Both the position numbers and the translations under genes were made by a program. A DNA stretch of 64,000 nucleotides from Thermoleophilia bacterium. GTDB lineage: Bacteria > Actinomycetota > Thermoleophilia > Gaiellales > SKUG01. Location: positions 166,265 to 230,264 of the forward strand of contig JAOPYQ010000009.1 in assembly GCA_025964555.1 (NCBI GenBank), in the 5' to 3' direction. Each line of letters begins with the position of its first letter. The stretch's first letter is position 1. Shown here piece by piece: positions 1 to 9,706 of this stretch. Under the pieces are notes generated by a model. The model had not been told where the DNA came from, did not search any database, and worked only from the letters and a program-made list of their open reading frames with translations.

Positions 1-313
1 TGGAACCCTGTTCGCGCGCGAGCTCGCGCAGCATCCCGACCGTGGTGCCGCCGCCCTCCTCGCGAGCGTTCTCCGGCAGCACGGCGACGTAGACGGACTC
101 CTCGCCTTCGCTGATCTGGTCCTCGAGGTCACCCTCCGCGGACTCCGACAGCACGTCGCGAGCGTCTTCGTCGACATAGACCGGATCGTCCCGCCACGCC
201 TCCACCACCTCGTCCGCATACGCAGCGCCAGCCGACGCGGGCACGGCAAGCACTGCTGCGAGCGCACCCGCGAGCACGAACGTGGACCGAGGCCGTCGGC
301 GCGTGGAGGCCAT
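1..313 (-). CDS. Secreted/membrane protein, possibly TPM-like (runs off window start)
   Basis: Read manually (not in ORF track): MASTRRRPRSTFVLAGALAAVLAVPASAGAAYADEVVEAWRDDPVYVD..., a signal peptide; ATG overlaps the pspAA stop (TGATG). Confidence 0.6.
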   Translation of the reverse strand, partial: MASTRRRPRSTFVLAGALAAVLAVPASAGAAYADEVVEAWRDDPVYVDEDARDVLSESAEGDLEDQISEGEESVYVAVLPENAREEGGGTTVGMLRELAREQGS

Positions 314-591
314 CAGCCCGGCACGAGTCCGTCGTCGGCGAGCAGCGCGGAGACCTCCTCGAGCGTGGCGTCGACGCTGGGCAGCACGAAGTCCGACTCC
401 CCGAGGAACTCGTCCTCACACGCGCTGCCACCTCCGCGCACCTTCGCGAGCAGCGCGCCGAGCGCTCCCTGGAACGCGCTCTCGTCCGTCGACTGCACGG
501 CATTCATCAGCTCGTCGTCGAGGCGGTTCAGGTCATCCATCTCGGCATCGGCCAGCTCGAACTGGCCCTCGCCCATGATTCGCACGATCAT
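313..591 (-). CDS. pspAA: PspA-associated protein PspAA
   Basis: MIVRIMGEGQF...DATLEEV...DGLVPG, 92 aa; ATGA overlap with pspA. Confidence 0.8.
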   Translation of the reverse strand: MIVRIMGEGQFELADAEMDDLNRLDDELMNAVQSTDESAFQGALGALLAKVRGGGSACEDEFLGESDFVLPSVDATLEEVSALLADDGLVPG

Positions 592-1334
592 GATCGGTCT
601 CCCGTGGTCGTCTGCTCCAGTGCGCGCGGCGCGTCGCCCGAGCCGAGTTCGCCCTTGATCTTCGCCAGTTCCGCATCGATGGTCGCGGTGGACGCCACGC
701 GGTCGAGCTCGGCCTGGATCGGGTCGCTCGACTGCGTCAGGTCCTCGAGTGCGCCCGACTGCAGCAACCCGTCGAGCGCGCCCGCGCGTGCCTGCAGCTG
801 CTGCGTGCGATCCTCCGCACGCTGCATCGCCAGGCCAACGTCTCCCATCTCCTCGGAGATGCCGGACACGGCCTCGGAGATGCGCGTCTGCGCCTCGGCT
901 GCGGTGTAGGTGGCCTTGATCGTCTCCTTGCGCACGCGGAAGGCCTCGACCTTCGCCTGCAGCCGGCGCGATGCATCCTCCAGCTTCGCCTGCTCGGTGC
1001 TCAGCTGGTCGTGCTGGCGCTTGAGCTCCTCGAGCTGTACCTGGATGCCGGCGCGGCGGGTGAGTGCCTCGCGCGCGAGATCCTCTCGGTTCGCCTGCAC
1101 CGCCTTGGTGGCCTGCTCCTGGAGCCGGTCGCCGGCCCGGGCGAGCTCCTCGCCCTGCAGCTCGAGCCGCTTGCGCGATGCCGCGACGTCCGTGAGGCCG
1201 CGACGCACCTGCTGGAGCAGCTCCTGCTGGCGGGTGTAGGCGTAGTCGAGTGTCTCGCGCGGGTCCTCTGCCTGGTCCATGGCGCGGTTGGCCTTGGACT
1301 TGAGCAGCATCGAAAGTCGTTGGGACAGTCCCAT
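588..1334 (-). CDS. pspA: PspA/IM30 family phage shock protein
   Basis: N-terminal KANRAMDQAEDPRETLD, long coiled coil, EDLAREAL motif. Confidence 0.92.
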   Translation of the reverse strand: MGLSQRLSMLLKSKANRAMDQAEDPRETLDYAYTRQQELLQQVRRGLTDVAASRKRLELQGEELARAGDRLQEQATKAVQANREDLAREALTRRAGIQVQLEELKRQHDQLSTEQAKLEDASRRLQAKVEAFRVRKETIKATYTAAEAQTRISEAVSGISEEMGDVGLAMQRAEDRTQQLQARAGALDGLLQSGALEDLTQSSDPIQAELDRVASTATIDAELAKIKGELGSGDAPRALEQTTTGDRS

Positions 1335-1496
1335 GGTTTCCTCGCGTGGGTGTCGGGGGCGGGTGCGGTTGAACGGCGGCTACCCGGCCCGAATTCGAGC
1401 AAACGCACGCACCGAGTGACACTGCAGCAACCGGCCATTTCGAGTCATGCAGAAATCACTCGCACGATGACGCGAGGACGGCAACCGCCCGCGCGC

Positions 1497-2585
1497 TCAG
1501 ATCCCGGTGAGCGGCGTGACGGCGATCGTCGTGCGCCGATCGCGCGGCCCGGGCAATCCCGCAGCGTCGGCGAGCAGCTCGTACGAGCGCATGCGCGTGG
1601 TGGCATCTGCGGCGAGGGTCGTCGCCATGATCTCTGAGGCGCCGGTGGTCTCGATCATCGTGCGCAGTCGCTCGATCACCTGATCGGGGGTGCCGACGGC
1701 CTGCGCGTCGATCATCGCGTCCGCCATGCGGCGCTCCTCGGGCGACCACTCGTATGCTGCCACCTCGGCAGCGGTCGGCAGCACGCGCGGTGGGCCGCCC
1801 TGACGCATGCGCAGGAACACGAGCGCGAAGCCGTCGGCGATCGCACGAGCCTCGGCCTCGGTCTTGGCCACGACGACCTGCATCGTGACCATCCCGTACG
1901 GCTCGGCGAGTTCACCCGACGCGCGGAAGTGCTCGCGGTACGCCTGCATCGACGGAATCGTTGCGGCAGCGCTGAAATGGTGCGCCGTCGCGAATCGCAG
2001 CCCCAGACGTGCGGCGAGCTGCGCGCTCGAGCCGCTCGAGCCGAGCAGCCACACCGGCGGGAACGCACCGAAACCGGGGGTCGCCTGCAGCCCGTGCAGG
2101 TCGTCGTCTTCGGGGAAGCCGTTCACGTAACCGAACAGCTCCCACAGCAGCTCCGGCAGATCCTGGCCCTGCACACCGCCGCGTCCACGCCGCAGCGCCC
2201 ACGCGGTGCGCTGGTCGCTGCCCGGCGCGCGCCCGATCCCGAGGTCGATGCGGCCGGGGTGCAGCGCCTCGAGCGTGCCGAAGCGTTCGGCGACGAGCAG
2301 CGGCGCGTGGTTGGGGAGCATCACGCCGCCGGAGCCGACACGGATGCGTTCGGTCTGCGCCGCGACGCTCGCGATGATCACCTCGGGGGCGGAGCTGGCG
2401 ATGCTCGGCATGTTGTGGTGCTCGGCGTACCAGATGCGCTCGTAGCCCCAGCGGTCTGCTGCCTGGGCCAGGTCGATCGCGCCGCGCAGCGCTTCGGCCG
2501 GGGTGTTGTCGCGCGAGACCGATGCCACGTCGAGGATCGACAGCGACACGCCGAGCACGGAGCTGAGCACAGGCGAGGTGGACAT
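1497..2585 (-). CDS. LLM-class flavin-dependent oxidoreductase (luciferase-like)
   Basis: WYAEHH, IRVGSGGVMLPNH, PGRIDLGIGRAPG motifs. Confidence 0.9.
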   Translation of the reverse strand: MSTSPVLSSVLGVSLSILDVASVSRDNTPAEALRGAIDLAQAADRWGYERIWYAEHHNMPSIASSAPEVIIASVAAQTERIRVGSGGVMLPNHAPLLVAERFGTLEALHPGRIDLGIGRAPGSDQRTAWALRRGRGGVQGQDLPELLWELFGYVNGFPEDDDLHGLQATPGFGAFPPVWLLGSSGSSAQLAARLGLRFATAHHFSAAATIPSMQAYREHFRASGELAEPYGMVTMQVVVAKTEAEARAIADGFALVFLRMRQGGPPRVLPTAAEVAAYEWSPEERRMADAMIDAQAVGTPDQVIERLRTMIETTGASEIMATTLAADATTRMRSYELLADAAGLPGPRDRRTTIAVTPLTGI

Positions 2586-2650
2586 GCCGGCACGGTAGCA
2601 CCCGGCGCCCGTTCGCCAGTGGCGACTCGCGCGCGCCGCTCGCGCGCGCC

Positions 2651-3646
2651 ATGCTGCGCCCCATGACCACTGCCGCCGCACCCGACATCGAACACGAACT
2701 CGAGCAGCACCGCTCCGAGCTCACCGGCTACTGCTACCGCATGCTCGCCTCGCCGTTCGAGGCCGAGGACGCCGTGCAGGAGACCATGCTGCGCGCCTGG
2801 CGCGCATCGAACGAGTTCGAGCGGCGCTCCACCCTGCGCACGTGGCTGTACCGCATCGCCACCAACGTCTGCATCGACATGGTCGACGCGCGCCAGCGCC
2901 GCACGCTGCCGATGGACCTGGGCCCTGCGCGCGAGCCCGTCGCCACGAACCTCGCGACGCCCGAGGTGCCGTGGGTGGAGCCGATCCCGGATGCGCTCAT
3001 CACGTTCGCGACGTCGCCCGATCCGGAAGCCGTTGCGATGCGCCGCGAATCGGTGCGCCTCGCGATGGTGACGGCCATGCAGCGCCTGCCCGCTCGCCAG
3101 CGCGCGACGCTGCTGCTGCGCGAGGTGGTCGGACTGAGCGCGACGGAGGTCGCCACCCTGCTCGAGATGAGCGAGGCATCGGTCAACAGCGCCCTCCAGC
3201 GCGCCCGCGCGACGCTCGGCGACAACCCCACGGCGTTCGACAAGGCCTCGGCTCGCGCGGCGACCGACGCTGACCGCACGAAGGTCGACCGCTTCGCCGC
3301 CGCCTTCGAGCGCTACGACATGGACGAGCTCACCAGCATGCTGCGCGACGACGCGATGCAGTCGATGCCGCCGTACGACCTGTGGCTCGACGGGCGCGAC
3401 GACGTGCTCGCCTGGTGGTTCGGCCCGGGCATCGGCTGTGCCGGATCCAAGCTCGTGTTCGCCGGCACAGCCAACGGCATGCCTGCCTATGGGCAGTACA
3501 AGCCGCGCGAGGACGGCGCGGGCTACGAGCCCTGGTCGCTCGACGTGTTCGAGCTCGACGAGGACGGCCAGCTCGCCGCCGCGACGTTCTTCCTCGAGAC
3601 CGAGCGCCTGTTCCCGTTGTTCGGGCTGCCGGCGAGCGTCGACTGA
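2651..3646 (+). CDS. sigG: ECF sigma factor, SigG/ECF56-like with C-terminal SnoaL-like domain
   Basis: AEDAVQET, WLYRIATNVC, SVNSALQRARATL, C-terminal MPP and ANG..AYGQY. Confidence 0.85.
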   Translation: MLRPMTTAAAPDIEHELEQHRSELTGYCYRMLASPFEAEDAVQETMLRAWRASNEFERRSTLRTWLYRIATNVCIDMVDARQRRTLPMDLGPAREPVATNLATPEVPWVEPIPDALITFATSPDPEAVAMRRESVRLAMVTAMQRLPARQRATLLLREVVGLSATEVATLLEMSEASVNSALQRARATLGDNPTAFDKASARAATDADRTKVDRFAAAFERYDMDELTSMLRDDAMQSMPPYDLWLDGRDDVLAWWFGPGIGCAGSKLVFAGTANGMPAYGQYKPREDGAGYEPWSLDVFELDEDGQLAAATFFLETERLFPLFGLPASVD

Positions 3647-3664
3647 ACGGATCTCGACATCCAC

Positions 3665-3695
3665 CGATGAGTTCGTGGCGATCGCCCCGTCTATA
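3665..3695 (+). promoter_or_regulatory. SigG-type promoter of the VOC operon
   Basis: CGATGA-N18-GTCTATA matches the mycobacterial SigG consensus as I recall it (CGATGA-N18-GTCNNTA); lies right after the sigma gene and before two glyoxalase genes. Confidence 0.7.
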
Positions 3696-3736
3696 CCAAT
3701 GACACCCAGTTCAACCGTCTCGAAGGAGCCACCGCC

Positions 3737-4201
3737 ATGTCCGATGTCCAGCACCCCAACCGCGCGCTGTTCGTGAACCTGCCGATCGAGAGCCTCGACC
3801 GCAGCGTCACGTTCTTCACCAAGCTCGGCTTCACGTTAAACCCGCTCTTCACCGACGAGACGACGACCTGCATGCTCGTTGGCGACCAGGCGTACTTCAT
3901 GCTCCTCGAGAAGGAGCGCTTCGCGAGCTTCCTGCCCGAAGGCCGCACCGCACCCGAGGCGAGTTCGCAGGTGCACGCCTTCTACGCGTTCTCCGTGGAT
4001 TCGCGCGAGTGCGTCGACGAGATCGTCGATGCCGCGCTCGCCAACGGCGGCTCGGAGATGGGCGAGACCGAGGATCACGGCTTCATGTACTCGCGCCCGT
4101 TCGGCGACCCCGACGGCAACTGCTTCAACGTGTTCTGGATGGACCCGGTCGCAGCCGAGGCCGGACCGGAAGCGCACGCCGCCCAGACCGCCAACGCGTG
4201 A
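3737..4201 (+). CDS. VOC/glyoxalase family protein
   Basis: FVNLP, FFTKLGF, DHGFMYSR.F.DPDG; AAGGAG RBS. Confidence 0.88.
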   Translation: MSDVQHPNRALFVNLPIESLDRSVTFFTKLGFTLNPLFTDETTTCMLVGDQAYFMLLEKERFASFLPEGRTAPEASSQVHAFYAFSVDSRECVDEIVDAALANGGSEMGETEDHGFMYSRPFGDPDGNCFNVFWMDPVAAEAGPEAHAAQTANA

Positions 4202-4230
4202 CACCTGATCCCCAGGAAGGGACGAACACC

Positions 4231-5064
4231 ATGACGCAGACCGACACCGCCCCGGCGCACACACAGCTGCCACACCTGCCGGGCCACTTCTACTTCTCCG
4301 ACGTGCACACCACCGACGTCGAGGGCGCATCCGCCTTCTACGGCGAGCTCTTCGGCTGGCAGTACCAGGAGATCCCGGGCGTGCCCAACCGATACGTGAC
4401 CGCCTCGATCGACGGCCGCCGCAAGGCCGCCATCACCGGGCTCATCGACGAGCAGCGAGCCGAAGGCGTCGCGTCGTACTGGTTCCCGTACCTGTATGTC
4501 ACGGACATCGACGAGACCGTCGGGCGGCTCGACGCGCTCGGCGGACAGCTCGTCGCGCCGATCGTCGACGTGTTCGATTTCGGCCGCATGGCCGTCGCCG
4601 AGGACCCGACGGGTGCGCAGTTCGGCATCTGGCAGGACCTGCAGGAGGTCACCACCGTGAAGGACGAACACGGCTCGCCGTTCTGGTACGAGCTGCACAC
4701 GTCCGATCCCGATGCAGCGCTCGCCTTCTACCGCGGCCTCGTGGGCTGGGCGAGCGACTCCATGGAGATGGGGCCGAACATGACGTACCACCTGCTGATC
4801 CCGGAGCAGGTCGACGACCTGCAGACCGGTTCGGGTGGTCTCATGCGCATGATGGAGGGCCATCGCGAGGCGGGGGATCCGTCGCGCTGGTTCACGTACT
4901 TCAACGTCGATGACGCGGATGCCGCGTACGCGCGGGCGATCGAACTCGGCGCCGCGTCCCAGATGGAGCCGCACGACATCCCGGGCGTTGGTCGCTCCTG
5001 CTGGGTGGTCGATCCGCAGGGCGCTGCCATCGCGCTCATGACACCGAGTCCGCGCCAGGGCTAG
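4231..5064 (+). CDS. Two-domain VOC family protein (Cfp32/Rv0577-like)
   Basis: FYGELFGW, GRMAVAEDPTGAQFGIWQ, DIPGVGR..DPQGA. Confidence 0.88.
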   Translation: MTQTDTAPAHTQLPHLPGHFYFSDVHTTDVEGASAFYGELFGWQYQEIPGVPNRYVTASIDGRRKAAITGLIDEQRAEGVASYWFPYLYVTDIDETVGRLDALGGQLVAPIVDVFDFGRMAVAEDPTGAQFGIWQDLQEVTTVKDEHGSPFWYELHTSDPDAALAFYRGLVGWASDSMEMGPNMTYHLLIPEQVDDLQTGSGGLMRMMEGHREAGDPSRWFTYFNVDDADAAYARAIELGAASQMEPHDIPGVGRSCWVVDPQGAAIALMTPSPRQG

Positions 5065-5107
5065 CAGCAGCGCACACGCAACGTGAGGCACGCCGAACGG
5101 GCGGTGC

Positions 5108-5626
5108 TCAGCGGTCCGAACCGGGATCGTCGAGCGCCGCCCGTTTTCGGTACTTCATGTGGTCACCCCAGGGGAGCACACCCCACAGCGACACGAACAG
5201 CAGACCCGCGAGCCCGCTGAACACGAGCGCCTGTGCCTGTCCGAAGAGCTCGTCGGCAACAACGAAGAGCGTGCCCGACATCGATGCGCCGAGCGCCGTG
5301 ATGCCCGCAAGGGTCAACCCGCTGGCGAGCACGATCAGGCGCTGCTTGTCGTAGGCGCGGAAGTTCGTGCGGTGATAGGCCGAAGGCGCGATGAGCAGCG
5401 CGCTCGCCACGAGCGCCAGGCACAGCGAGGCGAAGTACACCTCGCGCTGCACCTCCGTGACGCCCTTCCACCCGGCCTGGAACGGCAGGGCCAGCAGGAA
5501 CGCGAACAGCACCTGCACGCCCGGCAGCGCGACGCGGATCTCCTCCAGCAGCTCGCTCAGCTCCCGATCGAGTCGTTCCTTCTCGCCCTCGCCGTCGAGC
5601 GGCACGTCATGTCCATGCAGTTCCAT
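5108..5626 (-). CDS. DUF6328-like membrane protein
   Basis: ELLEEIRVALPGVQVLFAFLLALPF, LLIAPSAYHR, four TM helices. Confidence 0.75.
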   Translation of the reverse strand: MELHGHDVPLDGEGEKERLDRELSELLEEIRVALPGVQVLFAFLLALPFQAGWKGVTEVQREVYFASLCLALVASALLIAPSAYHRTNFRAYDKQRLIVLASGLTLAGITALGASMSGTLFVVADELFGQAQALVFSGLAGLLFVSLWGVLPWGDHMKYRKRAALDDPGSDR

Positions 5627-5663
5627 GAGGCCCCTCATACCCGTTTCGCGAAAGCGTGTCAGC

Positions 5664-6569
5664 ATGCCGCGCATGACCACTCGCATCACCGCCACGCTCT
5701 TCAACGATCCCGGCTGCCCGTGGGGCTACTCCGCGATTCCCGCGCTGCGAACCCTCGAGTGGCGCTATGGCGATCAGCTCGACTGGCGCCTCGTGCTCAT
5801 CGGCCTCACCGAGTCCGCGCAGCAGTACGTCGACCGCGGCTACACGACGCTCTCCAACGCGAGCGGCATGCTCGGCTTTCGCCGCTTCGGCATGCCCCTC
5901 AACGCGGAGCCTCGCGAACGACTGTCGGCGACGGCCCCCGGGTGTCGCGCGATCGTCGCCGCACGCATCGACGCCCCCGGCAGCGAGTGGCGCGTCATGC
6001 GGGCGATCCAGCTCGCGTACTTCACCACGCCGATGGTGCTCGGGGACCCCGCCGCGTTGCGTGACGCACTCGCGCGCATGGACGGCGTCGACGCCGGTGC
6101 GATCATCGCGCGAATCGATGACGACGACGTCACCGCCGCCTACGACGCCGACCGCGCGCGAACACGCACTGCCGCCGGCACCCCGGGCGCGCTCCAGGGC
6201 AAGACCGCCAACTCCGACGGCGCCGAGCGCTACACCGCGCCAAGCATCATCTTCGAGCGAGACGGCCAGCGTCTCGAGGCAACCGGTTTCCAGCCCGTCG
6301 AAGCCTACGACGTGCTCGTCGCCAACCTCGACCCCACCCTCGCGCGCCGCACGCCAGCCGAATCGGCTGCCGATGTGCTCGACGCCTTCGCGGACTCGGC
6401 GCACGGCCCGTGGATCTCGACCGCCGAGGTCGCGGCTGTGATGGCAGCCGGCAACGACGCCCCCGATCGCGAGTCCGCCGAGCGCGAACTCATCGAGCTC
6501 GTCGATTCCGGAAGCGCGCGCCGCATCCGCATGGGTGACGGCGCGGTGTGGAGTCGCGCGACTGACTAA
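5664..6569 (+). CDS. DsbA/thioredoxin-fold protein
   Basis: DPGCPWGY (single Cys) and YTAPS cis-Pro-like region. Confidence 0.7.
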   Translation: MPRMTTRITATLFNDPGCPWGYSAIPALRTLEWRYGDQLDWRLVLIGLTESAQQYVDRGYTTLSNASGMLGFRRFGMPLNAEPRERLSATAPGCRAIVAARIDAPGSEWRVMRAIQLAYFTTPMVLGDPAALRDALARMDGVDAGAIIARIDDDDVTAAYDADRARTRTAAGTPGALQGKTANSDGAERYTAPSIIFERDGQRLEATGFQPVEAYDVLVANLDPTLARRTPAESAADVLDAFADSAHGPWISTAEVAAVMAAGNDAPDRESAERELIELVDSGSARRIRMGDGAVWSRATD

Positions 6570-6620
6570 CAGCATCCATGGCGGGCACGCACTCACTACC
6601 AACCGCAAGGAGTGCAACGA

Positions 6621-6704
6621 ATGTCACTGCTCTGGATCCTGCTCATCGTCGTCGTCGTCCTGCTGCTCTTCGGCGGCACGCGCTTCCGTGGTCGCGGCCG
6701 CTGA
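6621..6704 (+). CDS. 27-aa small membrane protein
   Basis: MSLLWILLIVVVVLLLFGGTRFRGRGR; AAGGAG RBS; below the ORF-track cutoff. Confidence 0.7.
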   Translation: MSLLWILLIVVVVLLLFGGTRFRGRGR

Positions 6705-6812
6705 GCTCGCCGCCCCTGGTGATCGCCGTCATCCTCGTGATCCTGCCGGTCAGCCTGCTGACCTGCTCACGCACACGCACACGCTCTGCATGGCGCGACG
6801 CGCTGCCAGGAC

Positions 6813-6845
6813 GCTGCCTCGGTTCACCGGGGCAGCTTCCAATTC
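6813..6845. repeat. 33-bp direct repeat, degenerate copy of the msrA 3' end
   Basis: 31/33 identical to 7569-7601. Confidence 0.85.
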
Positions 6846-6941
6846 AGCTTCCGGTTCGGGGGCCGGCAACAGCGTGGCCTGATGTGGCAGCGCGCGGGCT
6901 TCGCGACGGCCACCAACCGGTGCGGGCCGACCCGAGATGAC

Positions 6942-6957
6942 GTTACCAATCGGTAAC
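6942..6957. promoter_or_regulatory. Palindromic operator-like site
   Basis: GTTACC-aatc-GGTAAC about 35 bp upstream of the 6992 start. Confidence 0.4.
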
Positions 6958-6991
6958 TTGGGGACACCCCAGCCCCCACACAGGAGCCCCC

Positions 6992-7543
6992 ATGCCGCTC
7001 TCCACCCAATGGAACTTCGGCGAGAAGTCCCCGCACCCCTACGCCCCGTACCGCTCATCCGACCGGACGGATGCGACGCCTCGCAATGCCGTGTTCGTTG
7101 CGCATCATGCGCGGCTCGAGGACGCTACGCAGCTTACCGACGGCAAGCAGCACAACCGCCTCGACTACGGCATGACCAAGTACTTCGCGACCGGCTTCGG
7201 CGGAGACACGCTGTCGAACGAGACCGGCTCGTACCAGTACGGAGACCAGCCCAGCTATCAGCGCGAGAAGCGCGGCGACTGGCGCTTCTCGGTCGACAAG
7301 TTCGAGCGCCTGCTCACCGACGCAGCCGCTGGCGTGGAAGCCGCCAACGGTCGAGTGATACCGGAAGCGCTCTTCGCGGACGGCTTCAAGACGATCAAGT
7401 TCCTCGACTCGATCAAGGGCAACGAGCTGCTCGTGCAGACGATGACCGACGGCAAGCTCACCACGAAGGTGATTGACGAGGCCGATCTCGATCCGGCGCT
7501 CGCCAGGACGTTCGACAAGCTCGACGTCTACGAGCAGTCGTAG
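6992..7543 (+). CDS. Hypothetical protein (ORFan)
   Basis: 183 aa, CAGGAG RBS, GC3-biased codons, no recognised motif. Confidence 0.7.
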   Translation: MPLSTQWNFGEKSPHPYAPYRSSDRTDATPRNAVFVAHHARLEDATQLTDGKQHNRLDYGMTKYFATGFGGDTLSNETGSYQYGDQPSYQREKRGDWRFSVDKFERLLTDAAAGVEAANGRVIPEALFADGFKTIKFLDSIKGNELLVQTMTDGKLTTKVIDEADLDPALARTFDKLDVYEQS

Positions 7544-7561
7544 CTCGTTGACACATGCGCG

Positions 7562-8080
7562 TTACGAAGCTGCCTCGGCTCGCCGGGGCAGCTTCCAATT
7601 CGGGCGCGGGAAATGACACGTGTAGCCGCCCGGGAATTTCTCCAGGTAGTCCTGGTGCTCCGGCTCCGCCTCCCAGAACTCGCCTGCCGGCTCGACCTCG
7701 GTGACCACGCGGCCGGGCCAGATGCCGGAGGCGTCGACGTCCGCGATCGTGTCGTTGGCAATGCGCTGCTGGGTCGAGTCGAGGTAGTAGATCGCTGAGC
7801 GGTACGCCATGCCCATGTCGTTGCCCTGGCGATTCCTGGTCGTCGGGTCGTGGATCTGGAAGAAGAACTCGAGGACCTCGCGGTAGCTCGTGCGGCGCGG
7901 GTCGAAGACGATCTCGATGCCCTCTGCGTGCGTGCCGTGGTTCTTGTACGTCGCGTTCGGCACGTCGCCGCCCGTGTAGCCCACGCGGGTGCTGAGGATG
8001 CCGGGCTGCTTGCGGATCAGGTCCTGCATGCCCCAGAAGCAGCCGCCGGCCAGGATCGCGGTCTCGGTGTTGTCAGCCAT
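7562..8080 (-). CDS. msrA: Peptide-methionine (S)-S-oxide reductase
   Basis: [36 protein letters not shown]. Confidence 0.95.
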   Translation of the reverse strand: MADNTETAILAGGCFWGMQDLIRKQPGILSTRVGYTGGDVPNATYKNHGTHAEGIEIVFDPRRTSYREVLEFFFQIHDPTTRNRQGNDMGMAYRSAIYYLDSTQQRIANDTIADVDASGIWPGRVVTEVEPAGEFWEAEPEHQDYLEKFPGGYTCHFPRPNWKLPRRAEAAS

Positions 8081-8221
8081 CGTCATCTCCCTCGTTGTCC
8101 GAGTGGTCGTACCCATACGGTACGTCCCGCGCACGTGATGGGTTGTCGCCTGGCCTGCTTTTCTTTCCCGAGCCGGGCATAGGGAGCTGGCTGAACCGTA
8201 CGAAAGCAGGAAACGAGCGGC

Positions 8222-8797
8222 ATGCCGCAACTCATGGTCGACTTCATCAGTTCCCTCGACGGCTTCGGAGCGGCCGAGGGCTGGCCCGGCTACTGGGGCA
8301 TGGAAGGGCCCGAGTACCTCGAGTGGATCGGGAGCGATGCCCACGGGGATTCCGTCTCGCTCATGGGCGCGAAGACGTACCGAATGCTGTCGGAGTACGC
8401 GAACCAGATGCCCGACGATCCTGGACTGGCGGCGCTGACGAAATCGTCCAAGGTCGTCTTCTCCTCCTCATTGGAGCCGCCGCTACCGTGGGCGAACACG
8501 GAACTCGTTCGCGGCGATGCCATCGACTGGGTGCGCGAAGCACGGCGCGACGGAGCGCGCTCGCTGCGCACCATCGGCAGCCTGAGCCTGTGTCGGTCGC
8601 TGATGCGTGCGGGCGTCGTGGACCGATTCCGGGTCGTCGTCTTTCCGGTCATCACCGGCGCCGCGGGATACGACCGCATCTACGACGGCTATCCCGACGT
8701 GAAGCTCGAGTTGGTCGAGCAGCGGACCTTCGATGGTCGCCTGCAGCTGCTCGAGTACGTCCCGACTGTTCTCGATGGGCCACCAAGCCGGAAGTGA
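8222..8797 (+). CDS. Dihydrofolate reductase-like (RibD C-terminal domain) protein
   Basis: SSLDG, LMGAKTY, GSLSL, FPVITG. Confidence 0.85.
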   Translation: MPQLMVDFISSLDGFGAAEGWPGYWGMEGPEYLEWIGSDAHGDSVSLMGAKTYRMLSEYANQMPDDPGLAALTKSSKVVFSSSLEPPLPWANTELVRGDAIDWVREARRDGARSLRTIGSLSLCRSLMRAGVVDRFRVVVFPVITGAAGYDRIYDGYPDVKLELVEQRTFDGRLQLLEYVPTVLDGPPSRK

Positions 8798-8817
8798 CGG
8801 CGCTGTAGGGTCAGCCC

Positions 8818-9279
8818 ATGCCCCGTTCCTCTGCGAGCACCTCCCCGGCCGGTATCGGCACTCCTGCGAGTGGTCGTCGACCGCGCACGGCCGCGCCGCA
8901 GCCGACGGGAAAGAACGTGCCGACCGATCCGCCCAAGCAGGTCGATCCAAAGGTGCAGGCGGCGATGGAGCAGGTGCGCCCCGCGCCCGGCTACGCACTC
9001 GCGACGCTGCTGCTCGCCAAGGAGCGCGCGGCCGTGCTGGACCTGCCGGCTGACACCACGGCGCTGCTCGAAGCGGCGTTCGTGCGCATCCACGCGCTGC
9101 ACCCATCCGACGACGACATGGCACGCGAGTATCCGCCCGGCTCGATCGTGATCGCGTCGCTCGAGGGCATCGCGCCGCTGCTCGTCACGCACGCGTTCCT
9201 GCTGCCGCACGAGCGGATCATGGGCTCGGTGCCGATCGACGGCGTCGCGCCCGGCACGCCGTTCGGCTTCGAGGACTGA
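8818..9279 (+). CDS. Hypothetical protein, possibly divergent GroES/Cpn10-like fold
   Basis: Segments align in order with GroES strands (see findings); TAGGGT -10 six nt before the ATG (leaderless). Confidence 0.5.
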   Translation: MPRSSASTSPAGIGTPASGRRPRTAAPQPTGKNVPTDPPKQVDPKVQAAMEQVRPAPGYALATLLLAKERAAVLDLPADTTALLEAAFVRIHALHPSDDDMAREYPPGSIVIASLEGIAPLLVTHAFLLPHERIMGSVPIDGVAPGTPFGFED

Positions 9280-9301
9280 CACTCGCGTCGGCGCTCAATC
9301 G

Positions 9302-9706
9302 TCAGACGACGAGCACGTCCAGATCGGGATACCACTCAAACCCGCAATCGTGCGTGACGAGCGTCATTCCATAGGTCGCGGCGGTGGCGGCAATCAGTCC
9401 ATCGGCAGTTGTGATCGCCCGTCGTTCGCCCGCGGCCACGGCCCGATACTCGCCCCACGTGTTCCCCACGGCATCGTCGATGTCGAGACAATCGAAGTCT
9501 CGCGAAGCCTGGATCCACGAGTCGAGGCGCCGCGCGCGCGATGCGGCATCCTCTGCTGACAACGCGCCGTGCTTGAGCTCGCCCAGCGTCACGGGCGACA
9601 CGAACCAGGCGCCATCATCCGGCAGCTCGCCCAGCGGTCGCCCCTGCTCGATGGCGATCAAGACCGAGGTATCGATCAGGTACTGCGCTTCGCCGCCCGC
9701 TCCCAT
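9302..9706 (-). CDS. vapC: VapC/PIN-domain toxin
   Basis: LIDTSV, TLGEL, DGLIAATA, LVTHD. Confidence 0.88.
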   Translation of the reverse strand: MGAGGEAQYLIDTSVLIAIEQGRPLGELPDDGAWFVSPVTLGELKHGALSAEDAASRARRLDSWIQASRDFDCLDIDDAVGNTWGEYRAVAAGERRAITTADGLIAATAATYGMTLVTHDCGFEWYPDLDVLVV

